A stretch of 64,000 nt of DNA from Owenia fusiformis (Eukaryota): contig CAIIXF020000001.1 in assembly GCA_903813345.2 (NCBI GenBank), forward strand, positions 35,650,001-35,714,000. Reading direction: 5' to 3'. The notes below the pieces were generated by a model. The model saw only the letters and a list, made by a program, of their open reading frames with translations, was not told where the DNA came from and did no database searches. A program made the translations under genes and the position numbers. Of this stretch, positions 35,401 through 46,125 are shown one piece after another. Position 1 is the first letter of the stretch. Every line of letters starts with the position of its first letter.

Positions 35401-38400
35401 GCATCCCATGTTCTTACAAAACACGACTAAAGTGTTTAAAAAAACACGACCGGGCCGATTTGCACTGTTAAATCTTGGTCACCGTGTTATGTGTGGCCTC
35501 TTATTTTGATACTTCTTATCTCTGCCATGTTATTTTCAGAAAAATTAACATGGCTGATACATCCTTAATTACAAAAGGCCTCAGCTTAGCTGCACATTAT
35601 ACATAACTATCTGAAATATACAAAAGTGAGGCCTCGTACTTATGTTTCTATTTTTCTATACTGTTGCAATATGGTCATTTAATTGCTTATTTTTTAAATT
35701 AAAAGTACGCAAAAGAATTTTGAATCGGACTGAACATTACATTTTTATGATATACTTGCGTGAGTAAATCACAAAAACCTCACTATTATAAATTATATCA
35801 AGTATTCAAGTTATAAATATCCTCCGTATTGCAGGGTTACAGAATCATACACAAAGTTCCTGGGGTACCCAGAGGTTACTTAGGTCCAAAGCCTTCTCTA
35901 TATTCCAGCTTTGAGTGATTGTTAAAGCCGCCGTGGTATTCAATATTTGTAAATCATGGTGACACATGCACAGGTGTTATGACATAATTATATGAAACAT
36001 ACCTTTATGCATAATATCAGCTGATATCTCCGTCTTAATCGATTGTTATTTTAATTTAGCTAAGTGAAATTTCATTTCAAAATGGCCTCCATTTTTCTGC
36101 TGAGTGAGCTGTATAAATGCCGTATCCATAGAGTTTGAGCATGGGCATTCAATAATCTATTAAAAGCCCATGGTTTGTAAGGTTCTTTCCAAAATTAAAT
36201 TTTGAAATATCTTATCCAGACAAGCAACTCTTCAACTTAATATAATTAATATTCTTATAAATATTTACAAGAATTATTAAATAGGAGTTCTAGGTGCCTG
36301 TGACACTTTTTCTAGATTACATACGAAATCAATGAAGTCACATATGAAGACTCAAGTAACCCAAAGGGTACATATTTATTCAAGTCTCTAGCCAATTCTT
36401 GGCTTGAAGAAATTCCATCTGGAACACTGTGAACTATTGTAAAATTTCTAGCCGGGGTTCAATAAAAAGTAATATATGCTAAAAACCGTCATCTTAATAT
36501 TTCACGATTTGAAATGGTAACGAATTGTCTTGTTTATGAGATATTGAATGTTTTCATTTAAAATAGAAGTCGTCCACCAATCCTTTGTTGAAAAAACATT
36601 GACAAATTATAGTTTTAAATGTGAAGAGAACGAGCTTTGAACGAGCTTCAATATAAAAAAATCAAATCTTCTTTTAATTTTGAGAGTACGCCATGGCGTT
36701 TTAGCGTATATGATGCTACGCCATTGGCTGCACCTCCTTGTCATTTGCTAGCTATGCCCAGAAGAGGATGGTTATTCAATTGACAGAAAAATCTGTGATC
36801 CGACTGGTGTTTCTTTACTTGAATCCATATCCGTATCCGGCATTTACAGATCTGGTTTTTATTGACTACCTAAACGTTACACCAATAGTCCATTTTCTCC
36901 ACTTGGTCACTCTTAGATTTAGCCAAGTATTGGATGATTGGAGGCAGTTTTGATCAATTTTGCAAAGGGTTAATTTTATTCTCATCTGTCTCAAAAAAAC
37001 AGGAATATCCCAGAATTCATACAGTCATAGGCCAAGGGTTCATCTATAATCCTGGGAAATAACCTCTCCTGGACGTAAACTCAAAAAACTTAAATAAAAC
37101 TTAAATAATTGTGAGAATGTTAAATTAAATATGTAATTTAATTAAATAATATTAATTAATAACTGCTGTGATTTGATTTGTCGACTGCAGAGACATCTTT
37201 CAAGTAAAAAAGATGGCGATTGGATGTCGATTTTTCATGACCATGGGTTGCTCGGTAAAAGCAACCAGATTGTTTCGTCAATGAGATATTTATAGGAAGT
37301 CCCTTTGTTGAAATACCCTGGAACGACTGTCAGGCTACCGAGTTGACATCGCCCCTCTTTACCAGTAGTGTAGGCTTGTTGTTATGCACTGGGACATTCT
37401 ACATTTGAAATTTTAAAAATTTACCATAGACCTATTGCTAAAATACAACTTAGCTTAATTGTTAAGCTGTTTACTGACAGAAGAATCAGATTTAAAAGTA
37501 GATAAGCTGTCACTGTCTAAAATATCACTAGGCAGAGTGTTCTATTTTACTATTGTCCTTGGAAAGTAGCTAAACTAGTATGCATCCGTTCTGGCAGCTG
37601 GTTGGATGAATTTGGATGGATGGAACTGTCTGGTGTTTGTGTTTGTTTGAGGGCTGTAGTATGTGGGTATATAGATGGCTGCTAAGTGTTCCTTTGTAGA
37701 AAAGGGAAAGTCTGGAAGCCTACCTATGCGATTGTAGCGATTCCCACTGCAGGTGTTGGAGAGCTTGGGTGACACACCCTGGTTCCCTAGAGTGACATTT
37801 GGTAACAAATCTGGTTGCTTTCCTTTGTACCTGTTTCAGCATGTTTATATCCTTCTGGCGGTAAGGATCCCATGCTGCACTAGCATATTCTAGGTTTGGC
37901 TGTACTAGCGACTTGTATGCCTGGGCTTTAATGTTCTCTGGGCACTGATGGAGGTTGCGCTGGAGGAAGCCTAGCACTTTGTTAGATTTCGATACTACTG
38001 TTTGTATGTGTGTGATCCAGTTTAGGTCGTGATTTCAATTCCTACATTTTCCTAGGTATGGTATGTGGGCCACAGATTTTAATTCTTCACCCAAAATCGT
38101 GTACTTATGTGTGATGGGTGATTTACGTCTGTGAATACTCAGTACATAGCATTTTGAGGGATGGAATTTCATTTGCCATGCATTTGCCCAGGAGACCATT
38201 TTGTCAAGGTCATCCTGGAGTGTTAGTGCGTCCTGTTGGTTCTCGACAGACATGAAGAGGAGGCTGTCATCTGCAAATTGTTTGAGGCTGGTTGTTGGTG
38301 ATAAGTCGCTGCCCATATCATTGATATAGACAAGCAAGCAGAGCGGTCCAAGCACAGGTCCTTGAGGGACACCCGATTTCACTGGTGTTCTTGTACTAGA

Positions 38401-38923
38401 TTCCCCATCCAGTACTACTTGTTGGGACCTTCCAACGAGCCAAGATCTGAGCCAGCTCAAGTTGTTTCAGCAAATTCCATAGTGATTAAGCTTTAGGAGC
38501 AGGTGCTCATATGCGACTGTATCAAACGCTCTCGAGAAGTCCAGTACTGTAAGTACTAATTTTAGAGAAGATCATTGGACATATGGTGAGATTGAGCTGT
38601 TAGAGAAGGGATTTGGATGTTTACGAAATGAGCCTGTATTTTTTTACATTTATACAGTGACTGGGGGGGGGGGGATTTAAAAATCTTCCTGGGCCTGTGA
38701 TTTTATAGATCGCTCAAATCATTTCATTGAAACAAATGTACAAAATTCTCTCATTTACTCCAAATTCAGTGGACAAAATATAATGAAGTCTACACAACTC
38801 TACCTTTTGGGTTTCTTCCTTTGTAAGATCTCGATCTAAGCTTTCCAAATGGTCTATTTGTCTTAATTTCTTGCGTAATTTACGGATTTCTATAAATTTT
38901 TCCTTTTCGATGGGAGCAGACAT
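11499..38923 (-). CDS. WD40-repeat protein (~580 aa, 13 coding exons) with N-terminal PYM/eIF2A-C-terminal-like helical motif and C-terminal CaaX box
   Basis: Exons (minus): 38923-38804, 33307-33187, 32658-32442, 32311-32253, 31436-31301, 31126-31005, 30004-29918, 29469-29383, 28978-28890, 27948-27729, 13013-12891, 12171-12015, 11703-11499. All junctions are GT-AG with matching phases, total 1743 nt = 581 codons with no internal stop. WD motifs: TLEGHEDSV..ISGGKDTAVKVWN, LGGHSGTV..VSGSLDCSLRLWS, VSGSDGGKLELWD, CSDGTIKIY, GDNGVNIKVLEW, ITGGNQVKVWT. Ends ..GWMSWCTVL*. Confidence 0.88.
12176..12631. repeat. Six-copy tandem repeat with alternating 77/75-bp units, abutting a splice acceptor
   Basis: GAATAAACAAGA starts at 12176, 12253, 12328, 12405, 12480, 12557. 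Unit GAATAAACAAGATATCTT(TT)AAATACTGGGTACAAAAGGACTTGATGCATGACTATTAACTAACATTTGCAATGAAA. Confidence 0.95.
13250..13859. mobile_element. MITE whose arms are inverted arrays of a 16-bp unit (MULE-like, uncertain)
   Basis: About 10 x GACAACTCATCCCCT(A/G) at 13258-13422 and about 11 inverted copies at 13665-13852. GG..CC termini. Near-perfect 8-bp TSD GATGTAAT (13242-13249) / GATGTATT (13860-13867). Confidence 0.8.
13861..14483. mobile_element. Degenerate palindromic (foldback) element centred near 14208
   Basis: Central hairpin AGCGCCCCCCG..CGGGGGGCGCT (14191-14225). Symmetric pairs CTATTTGACTAGATCA / TGATCTAGTCAAATAG, TGACGTCA x2, TTTGCGATCA / TGATCGCAAA. Confidence 0.6.
14911..14941 (+). promoter_or_regulatory. 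Upstream motif conserved between the two Link-gene paralogs (copy A)
   Basis: ATTGTCTAGCAAT..AATTGAAGGTT about 100-130 bp upstream of ATG 15044. Matches ATTGCCTAGCAAT..AATTGAAGGTT upstream of paralog B. Confidence 0.4.
15044..16378 (+). CDS. Secreted coiled-coil + Link (Xlink) module protein, paralog A (244 aa, 2 coding exons)
   Basis: Exons 15044-15479 and 16080-16378, phase-1 intron GTAAGA..TATAG, 735 nt. Hydrophobic N-terminus, CNKC, heptad-rich helix, CAC, KQRR. Link signature follows: FTFAQAKAYC..GHRLATPGQMDAAFELGYSECAWGWLSDGSTRYP..GGCG..GVYC (4 Cys). Confidence 0.9.
17556..20738 (+). mobile_element. Near full-length ORF2 of a CR1-group (Crack/Daphne/L2-like) LINE (APE endonuclease + RT), one premature stop, (TAAA)n tail
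   Basis: ORFs 17556-17816 and 17835-20534 are in the same frame, separated by one TAA (17814-17816). APE motifs HCNIRS, GLSETWL, IYKPP, MGDFNID, TLIDNIF, SDHFPI. RT motifs NYRPISIL, QFGFR, LDFSKAFDT, GIPQGSVLGP, FADD. Tail of TAAA repeats at 20707-20738. No ORF1 seen. Confidence 0.95.
21248..21275 (+). promoter_or_regulatory. Upstream motif conserved between the two Link-gene paralogs (copy B), preceded by TATAAATA (21239-21246)
   Basis: ATTGCCTAGCAATTATAAATTGAAGGTT, at a similar distance from the ATG as in paralog A. Confidence 0.4.
21379..27210 (+). CDS. Secreted coiled-coil + Link (Xlink) module protein, paralog B (247 aa, 2 coding exons)
   Basis: Exons 21379-21844 and 26933-27210, phase-1 intron GTAAGT..ATACAG at the same position as in paralog A, 744 nt. 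Signal-like N-terminus, CTC, coiled coil, CAC, RKQRRR. Link module YTFAQAKAYC..IATPGQMDAAFELGMAICGYGWLSDGSIRYP..GGCG..GVYC. AATAAA at 27324-27329. Confidence 0.9.
24018..24560 (+). pseudogene. Truncated, frameshifted 5' part of an Academ-type transposase gene
   Basis: CLFC..LTKCQT..CLISAEAWYHKTCRRNY resembles the CxxC..DLxAxEAxYHxxC N-terminal motif I associate with this family (recalled, not searched). A +1 C in the run at ~24497-24500 ends the ORF. The shifted frame continues PKYKQLFLKNKLSVRYKDDL, then homology stops. Confidence 0.65.
24780..25025 (+). mobile_element. 3' end of a second HINE/DINE-like element inside the Academ-type element
   Basis: (GGAC)n/(TGAC)n microsatellite at ~24911-24977, then hairpin TATCCC..CGAAC-TTC-GTTCG..GGGATA (24993-25022) and an A-run. 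The adjacent 24560-24665 resembles 9260-9385. Confidence 0.65.
30366..30687 (+). mobile_element. Short deletion derivative of the Tc1/mariner element at 48359-49325
   Basis: TA|CAGGATGGTCAAAAAAC..GTTTTTTGACCACCCTG|TA. The body aligns with ~49015-49325. Confidence 0.8.
33607..35486. mobile_element. Non-autonomous Transib/RAG-like DNA transposon (1880 bp)
   Basis: 71-bp TIRs (33607-33677, 35416-35486) with 2 mismatches, beginning CACGGTG. Perfect 5-bp TSD TTATG (33602-33606, 35487-35491). No ORF of 60 aa or more inside. Confidence 0.8.
37560..38550 (-). mobile_element. Degenerate CR1-clade LINE RT fragment in intron 1 of the WD40 gene
   Basis: Broken frames give VLDFSRAFDTV, QQVVLDGESS, GVPQGPVLGP, YINDM, FADD, WQMKFHPSKC, LGFLQRNL, LVQPNLEYASAAWDPY, QVQRKATRFV. 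Stops and frameshifts are present, and GC is higher than in the flanks. Confidence 0.9.
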
Positions 38924-41900
38924 CTTGCAATCGCCCGGATGTGAAAAAAGAAACCGAAATGTCCATTTATTGGAAATGAAGTGGAGTGGACGATTTGAAT
39001 TGAATTTAGAGTGAGAATATCATATAGAAATGGAACCAAAACTATATTTTTGGGGTTATTTCATTAAATATCACGGGTATCAGCACTCAGAGTCAGCAGC
39101 ATAAACAGAACAAGCTCACCGACACCGAACGAAAACGCAGCACTAGACGAAACGCGTCTAATGCACCCAGTATCGAAAGTTGTGGATTCTTTAGCCTATT
39201 CACGGGAAAATATGAAAAACACGTCATACAATAATATTTTAAATGAATTTTACCTCATGTATTCTTGATGCTTATTGGCTTATTCATGGTCACATGATAT
39301 GAAATAGATGAACTTATTCCCTAGAAAGTCACCTAGTCAGCAGGGAACTAAAGATGAAATGTACCATGGGCTTTCAATTAGAAAGTTGAAAGCCCATGTA
39401 CTAATCACCAGTTAGGTCATGTGACCAGTCATTAGTACGTTTTATCTCCCGCCGATAGCTGAGATTGTAGGAGTTGAAAGGCAAAATACCTTTAAATGCC
39501 AGTAAGAACCTGTAAGCATTTAATGTTCAAATGAAAGGACTTCTCATTTTGTTTTTGTTTACAGAGTACGCGGTATATAATAAAACAAATAGTGACTGCC
39601 ACACCCGGGCTGCCACATTTTCGGGAAATAGCTTGTTGTACAATAAAAACTACATAGGACCTAATAAAGAAATTCAAAGTTAACAGTAACTCTTCTGGAA
39701 ATACTAAAGCCAGAAAAGGCTATGGCGTTTCAAGAGGTGTGCGACTACAAAACTTCCATGCTGTGTCTCGGAATAGAGGCTACCAAACTAAGCTATATAC
39801 CCTATATGTAAAAGGCGCTAACATCCTACACTCGGAATGATCGTTTTTCCATTAGTTATAACATTTTAACGAAGGCATTCCTAGATAGTCTAAATACCGA
39901 TTAAAATATTTCTCACTTTAAACAGGTGGGCCTAGGCTACGCTTCCTTTATTTAAATTTCTAAAACAATAATATAAAATAACGTGTCAATGTGAGGGAGC
40001 ATAAAATCATTTTGCTCCTTCACATTGACAAGATTATTATTTTCTAGAAAATTAAATCTACACGTTTCTCAAACCGGTCAAACCCTGGGGGTCAAACTAC
40101 ACGATTCTCTGGATTATCCGATTTAATTTCTCCACTTGTGCATTGTCTACTAGAAACGTCACTCGGCGACTAATTTAGTGTAGAATGGCTAGCACTAGTA
40201 TTACTTAGGGACCCAGCCTGAATATTTTTGTTTTTGAATATTGGAGAGTATTACGCGAGATTTTTTCATTTTCTCGTTGGAAAATATATTTATTTTATGA
40301 TGTGGGGTGATATCTAGAGTTTGAGGCTTGCGAAAATAAGATATCCTCATCTTTATACCCCCACCCTATACTTTCAGGGGGGTCAGAAGAAAATAAACTT
40401 TAATTCATAACTTTGGAAGTAAATGAGATACAAACTTAATTTTTTCACCATAATTTATAGAATAACATCAGTAATGCAGAAAAAATATATCAAACGAAAA
40501 TAAGCTAATTTGCATAATTTAACCCTTAAACCGCCATAAAAACTATTAAATAACGGAATGATAATAAACAACTTTTACTGTAATTGCCTTCATATGAAGT
40601 TATAACTTATGAAATAATTCTTAAAAATGCATCTATATATGTATATTAGATGTGCAAAATATTAAAAGTGTATCTTACATAATGACTGTGAAAAATATTT
40701 CTCCCCTTACCCTAAAATTGAAGGGAGGGGGTCAAAATAAAATAAAATTTAATTCATAACTTTGGAAGTATATAAGATACAAACTTAATTTTTTCACCAA
40801 AATTTACAAAATAATATCAGTAATGGAGAAAAAAATATTTTGAACAAAAATAAGCTAATTTGCATAATTTAACCCTTAAACCGCCATAAAAACTATTAAA
40901 TGACAAAATGATAATATACGACATTTACTGTAATTACCTTCATATGAAGTTATAACTGATGAAATAATTCCTAAAAATGCATCTATATATGTATAATAGA
41001 TTGGAAAAATATTAAAAGTGCATCTTATATATAGATTGTGAAAAAATTTCTCCCCCTACCCAGATATTTCAGGGGGTCAACTGAAAATGGACTTAAATTT
41101 ATAACTTTGGAAGTATATGAGGTATAAACCTATTTGTTCACCAACATTTATGTAATAACATCAGTAACTAAGAAAAACATTTTTGATATGCAAATAAGCT
41201 AATTTGCATAATTTAACCCTTATACAGTCATAAAAACCGTTAAATGACAAAACTATAAAATACGACATTTATTTTAATCGACCTCTCATGAAGTTATAAC
41301 TTATAAAATAATTCATGTAGTTGCATTTATATATGTATAACAGATGTGCAAAATATTAAAAGTGTATCTTACATAACGACTGTGAAAAAAATTCTCCCCC
41401 TACCCAGATATTTGAGGGGGGGTCAAAATGAAAATGGACTTTAATTCATAACTTTGGAAGTATATGAGGTACAAACTTAATTTTTCACCAATATTTATGT
41501 TATATCATCAGTAATTCAGAAAAAATATTTTTTGATATGCAAATAAGCTAATTTGCATAATTTAACCCTTATAACGTAATAAAAACCATTAAATGACGAA
41601 GTGATAAAATATGGCATTTACTTTAATTGACTTCTTATGAAGTTATAACGTCGAGAAAAAATTTACAACAGATATGCATAATATAAAGAGGTTATTTTAT
41701 ATAATGAGTGTGAAAAGAATCTTACACCCTACCTTAATAATTTTGAGGGCTCGGGGGGGGGGTTAAAGAAAATAATAGACTTTAACTCATAACTCTGAAA
41801 TAATTTAAGAAAGAGCTTACATTTCTTCGCTGAAAATTGAGAAATCATATCAATAATGAAACGAATATTACATGGGGGCAATACTATATTTCAACTAATT

Positions 41901-41999
41901 TGCATAATTTAAGCTTCAAACAGTCATGAGAATCATTATAAGGCAAAGTGGTTCTATACTGAAATTGACTTCACATGAAGTAAGGACTTTGACAATATA

Positions 42000-42277
42000 T
42001 CCTTTCTTAATACTAGCATTTAAATGGAAAAATGATATCAACAATTATGAAGCTATTTTTCCCAACTATTTCAATGCCCATGGAGATTTTCATAGATATA
42101 ATACTAGAGGCAAATCAAACTTCACCCTTCCTAAAGCAAAACTGAAAATTATGGCAAAAAACAATAGCCTTTAGTGGTTACTCCATATGGAACAATCTCC
42201 CAGAAGAAATAAAAAAGTCAAATTCCATTTCTTTTCTTAAATCAAAACTGAAGAAGCATATTCTCTTAGCTTATTAA
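42000..42277 (+). mobile_element. Extreme 3' fragment of a CR1-group LINE ORF2 inside the foldback element
   Basis: FKWKNDINNYEAIFPNYF..HRYNTRGKSNFTLPK, then frameshifted IWNNLPEEIKKSNSISFLKSKLKKHILLAY*. Parallels the C-terminus of ORF 17835-20534. Confidence 0.75.
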
Positions 42278-42945
42278 TCATTAGTTGACTATATCATTTC
42301 TTGTTTCTTCAGTAAGAAGGGTAGGCTCTCAAGGGAGGTACATGGGCCAACCTGGGGGCTGCTCCAAACTACTTAAGATCTAAAATAATAATTCTGACCA
42401 TACCAACCTTGGGGAAGGCAAAATGGCCTAAAATAATAACTAATATTTTATAAGAATCAAACTTTTAACGATTATTTGCGTCAATGCGGTAGCCTGGTAT
42501 CTTTAAATAATAATTAATGAAGCTACACATTCATAAAATTTCCCCATGGCATATGGCACCTTCTTGGCTTCAAATGAAACGAGCATCATGGATCCCCCAT
42601 ACCTTTATTTATTATAATCTAACTTTTGTGATTACATTCCGGTTTGATTCGTTGACAACATAATGATATACTTCATAATTTAACTACTATATGTACGGGT
42701 ATTTAAGCATCACTTGTGGTGCCACCTATTATTAATAATATGTGTACACATAATGATTAAATGTATGAATAAATTGAGTTTAATTGAACTTGCAATGTTT
42801 CAGAATAACCCTTAAAAAGGTAACCATAACAATTCTAAAGTTTATTGAACCATATTCAGAGTCACTGTGGGGACTGGTGTCATATTCTAGGTTGTAGGTA
42901 CCTGATGCAGTGAAAATGTCACCATATATGTTTGGGTTAATCCAC

Positions 42946-43350
42946 TTATTCCCGTCCACACTCACTTTCCTTTGAGCCGCATGAACATGCAGCAAAACAT
43001 TCTGTACCTGCAGTGGCACATGAGCAAGTGGTTTAACATATTGCTTTGTCCTTGTATCGTTTGCATGTGCAAAAGGACTTTGGGATTTTTGTTATATCAA
43101 GTTTCGGTTTTTGGTCATTTTAATGGTCTCAAGAGTAATATGAACCACTTGACATCCAAATCCATTCCCTGGCTCTGGAATCTCAAAAAGTGGTTTGTCA
43201 GCATTCATTGAAATGTATAATTGTTATAAACCAAAAATGCATCCATAGTTAGTGGTAATGCTCTAATATCATTTTGGATGCTGCAAACAAGTGTAATACA
43301 TCCAATGATAGTTTGTTTTTATATTGAAATATAAACAAAAATAACGCAAC
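42946..43350 (-). pseudogene. Decayed C-terminal end of an Academ-type transposase with CXC-like Cys cluster
   Basis: Manual minus-strand translation across frameshifts: ..LSLDVLHLF.. / IRALPLTMDAF.. / ADKPLFEIPEPGNGFGC..LETIKMTK / FCTCKRYKDKAIC*TTCSCATAGTECFAACSCGSKESECGRE* (9 Cys, one internal stop). Not in the supplied ORF track. Confidence 0.7.
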
Positions 43351-45242
43351 TCCCCTAAACCAGAGATCGTGCCCATGTGGACAGTCAATGGAGACAGAAA
43401 CTCACTTTAAAGTAGAATGTCATATGTTTGAAAATGAATGATTAAGTCTGTTTGCCTAAATGACTGATATCCATAGTGACTTTTACATGTTTACAAGTCT
43501 AGGAAAATATGGTATAATAATGAATGAAAAAAAACTGTTCAAAGGACACTTGGAAAATGTATGATAAATATGTTAGTCAAAAGGCGTGAAATAGTTACAT
43601 GCGATGGTCTCTAATAGGTCGGCATCAACCAGGAATTGTTTTAATTCAAGTATGTATCTTAATGTAACATCTTTAGTGTGTTAGACTTTAATTAATAAAT
43701 CAACTACTACTACTAGTATAATATTGTTTCCATGTAATATTCTTGATGTGATTTCTCAATATTCTGGCGAAGAAATACATGTATAAGCTCTTTCTTATAC
43801 GATTTCAAAGTTATGAATCAAAGTTTATTATTTTCTTTTAACTTCCCCCAACCCTAAAATATTAGGGTAGGGTGTGAGATTTTTTCACACTCATTATATA
43901 CAATACCCTTTTTATATTGTGCATACCCGTTGTAAATGAATTTCTAGGAATTATTTCACAAGTTATAACTTCATAGAAGTCAATTAAAGTAACATTCGTA
44001 TTTCATCACTTTGTCATTTAACGTTTTTTATGACTGTATAAGGGTTAAATTATGCAAATTAGCTCATTTTCATATCAAGATATTTCTTCCGAATTACTGA
44101 CGTTATAACATAAATTTTGGTGAAAGAATTAAGTTTGTACCTCATATACTTCCAAAATTATGAATTAAAGTCCATTTCCATTTGACCCCCCTCAAATATC
44201 TGGGTAGGGGGACAATTTTTTTTCAGCGTCGTTATGTAAGATACACTTTTAATATTTTGCACGTCTGTTATACATATATAGATGCATTTTAAGGAATTAC
44301 TTTATTTGTTAAAACTTCATGAGAGGTCAATTAGAGTAAATGTCGTATTTTATCGCATCGTCATTTAATAGTTTTTATCGACTGTATAAGGGTTAAATTA
44401 TGCAAATTAGCTTATTTGCGTATCAAAAATATTTTTTCTGAATTACTGATGTTATTACATAAACTTTGGTGAAAAAATTAAGTTTGTACCTCATATACTT
44501 TTAAAATTATGAATTAAAGTCCATTTTTATTTGACCCCCTCCCCTCAAAAATCTAGATAGGGGGAGAATTTTTTTCACAGTCTTTATGTAAGATACACTT
44601 CTAATATTTTGCACATTTATTATACATATATAGATGCATTTTTAGGAATTATTTCATAAGTTATGACTTCATATGAAGGCAATAACAGTAAATGTGATAT
44701 AACATCATTTCGTCATTTACTAGTTTTTATGGCAGTTTAAGGGTTAAATTATGCAAATTAGCTTTTTTTTCATTCAAAATATTTTTTTCTTCATTACTGA
44801 TGTTATTTCATAAATTTTGGTGAAAAAATTAAGTTTGTATCTCATATACTTCCAAAGTTATGAATTAAAGTCTATTTTCTTCTGACCCCCCTAAAAATAT
44901 AGGGCGGGGGTATAAAGATGAAGATATCTTATTTTCGCAAGTCTCAAACTCTTGATATCACCCCACATCATAAAAGTAACTTATTTTCCAACAAGAACTG
45001 AAAAAATCTCGCGTAATACTTTCCAATATCCATTTTCACTTTCTAGCTGTTTCTCAGAACTTGGGTCCCTGAGTATATAGGACGTTGATCTTTTCAAAAA
45101 TTGTGGCTGATGAAAAATGAGGACGGAAAACGTTTTCAACAATTAAGTTAAATGTCCATTATTTACTTAATAATTAGTAATCGATAACTCGCATTATACA
45201 CTAAGTGCTTTCACATATAATTTGCGTATACGTACCCTATTA

Positions 45243-45695
45243 ACTGGTGATCCGCTCGATTACGAACCGTTTCGGTAACAAAATGTGGGAACGTCGAAGG
45301 TATGATTTTTCTTTTTTCCTCATTTCACGCATTGTAAGCAGAATCCCCCCGACATTCTTTCTCACAAACGTGTATCAGTACCAAATGTTTTTAAAAAAGT
45401 ACATGTTTGCGAAAAGATAATTCAGAAGACAACAGAATCGTCGATTTAATTCCTCACTTAAGTTACATAAACGGTATGGGTAAAAAGTGCAGATTTTAAC
45501 TGTTTTTCGAAATACCGTTTATGTTACTTAAGTGAGGAATTAAATCGACGATTCTGTTGTCTTCTGAACTATTTGTTCGCAAATATGTAAAGGAATTCTG
45601 CCTACAACGTGTGAAATAAGGAAAAAAGAAAAATTGTACCTTCGACGTTCCGACATTTTGCTACCGAAACCAGCGTAATCGAATGGATCACCAGT
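45243..45695. mobile_element. Palindromic MITE-like element (arms ~190-230 bp, spacer ~35 bp)
   Basis: ACTGGTGATCC..CAGAAGACAACAGAATCGTCGATTTAATTCCTCACTTAAGTTACATAAACGGTAT is mirrored by ATACCGTTTATGTTACTTAAGTGAGGAATTAAATCGACGATTCTGTTGTCTTCTG..GGATCACCAGT. Confidence 0.8.
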
Positions 45696-46125
45696 GCTAT
45701 TACGTATATGGGTCGAACCAATATTGGGAAACCAATTTATTTGAGTGTATTCAACTGTCGTTTAAATCAGATTACAGCGGCAAAAATAACTGTCAAAACC
45801 AGTTTGAAAAACTGAGTATCCTCAATTTCCGAAGAAAAGTAAATGATAGCTGTTGTTTTTACATGACATAATCCAGCTTGTTAGCTTCAAAATAGGTGTT
45901 TTAAATCACCTTTAGAATTCCAATTTTAAAAAACATCAAACTCACTGAAACATCATTTTGCAATTAAATTGAAAAATCCCATATTTTGATGAAATATTGA
46001 AAACTTTTGATTGTAATATCAAGCTACCCCTAAAGCAATCATCGTGAGATATCACAGCCTTCTCTCAGTTTCCTTCTTTCCTTCCTCCTTGTGCATAGCA
46101 GAGATGGTCTGAGTATCAGAAAATT

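Larger units (their letters stand above)
40202..45075 (-). mobile_element. Second Academ-type foldback element (4874 bp) with arms built of ~350-bp tandem units
   Basis: Termini TACTTAGGGACCCA / TGGGTCCCTGAGTA. 3-bp TSD TAT (40199-40201, 45076-45078). Left arm ~40202-41990 has TAAGCTAATTTGCATAATTTAACCCTT recurring about every 350 bp. Right arm ~43760-45075 has the inverted motif at ~44041, 44389, 44739. Transposase 3' remnant in the centre. Confidence 0.85.

Noticed and set aside
38924..39180. Possible non-coding first exon of the WD40 gene (minus-strand donor GTGAGC near 39119, AG just before the ATG)
   Set aside because: Plausible but indistinguishable from chance without transcript data.
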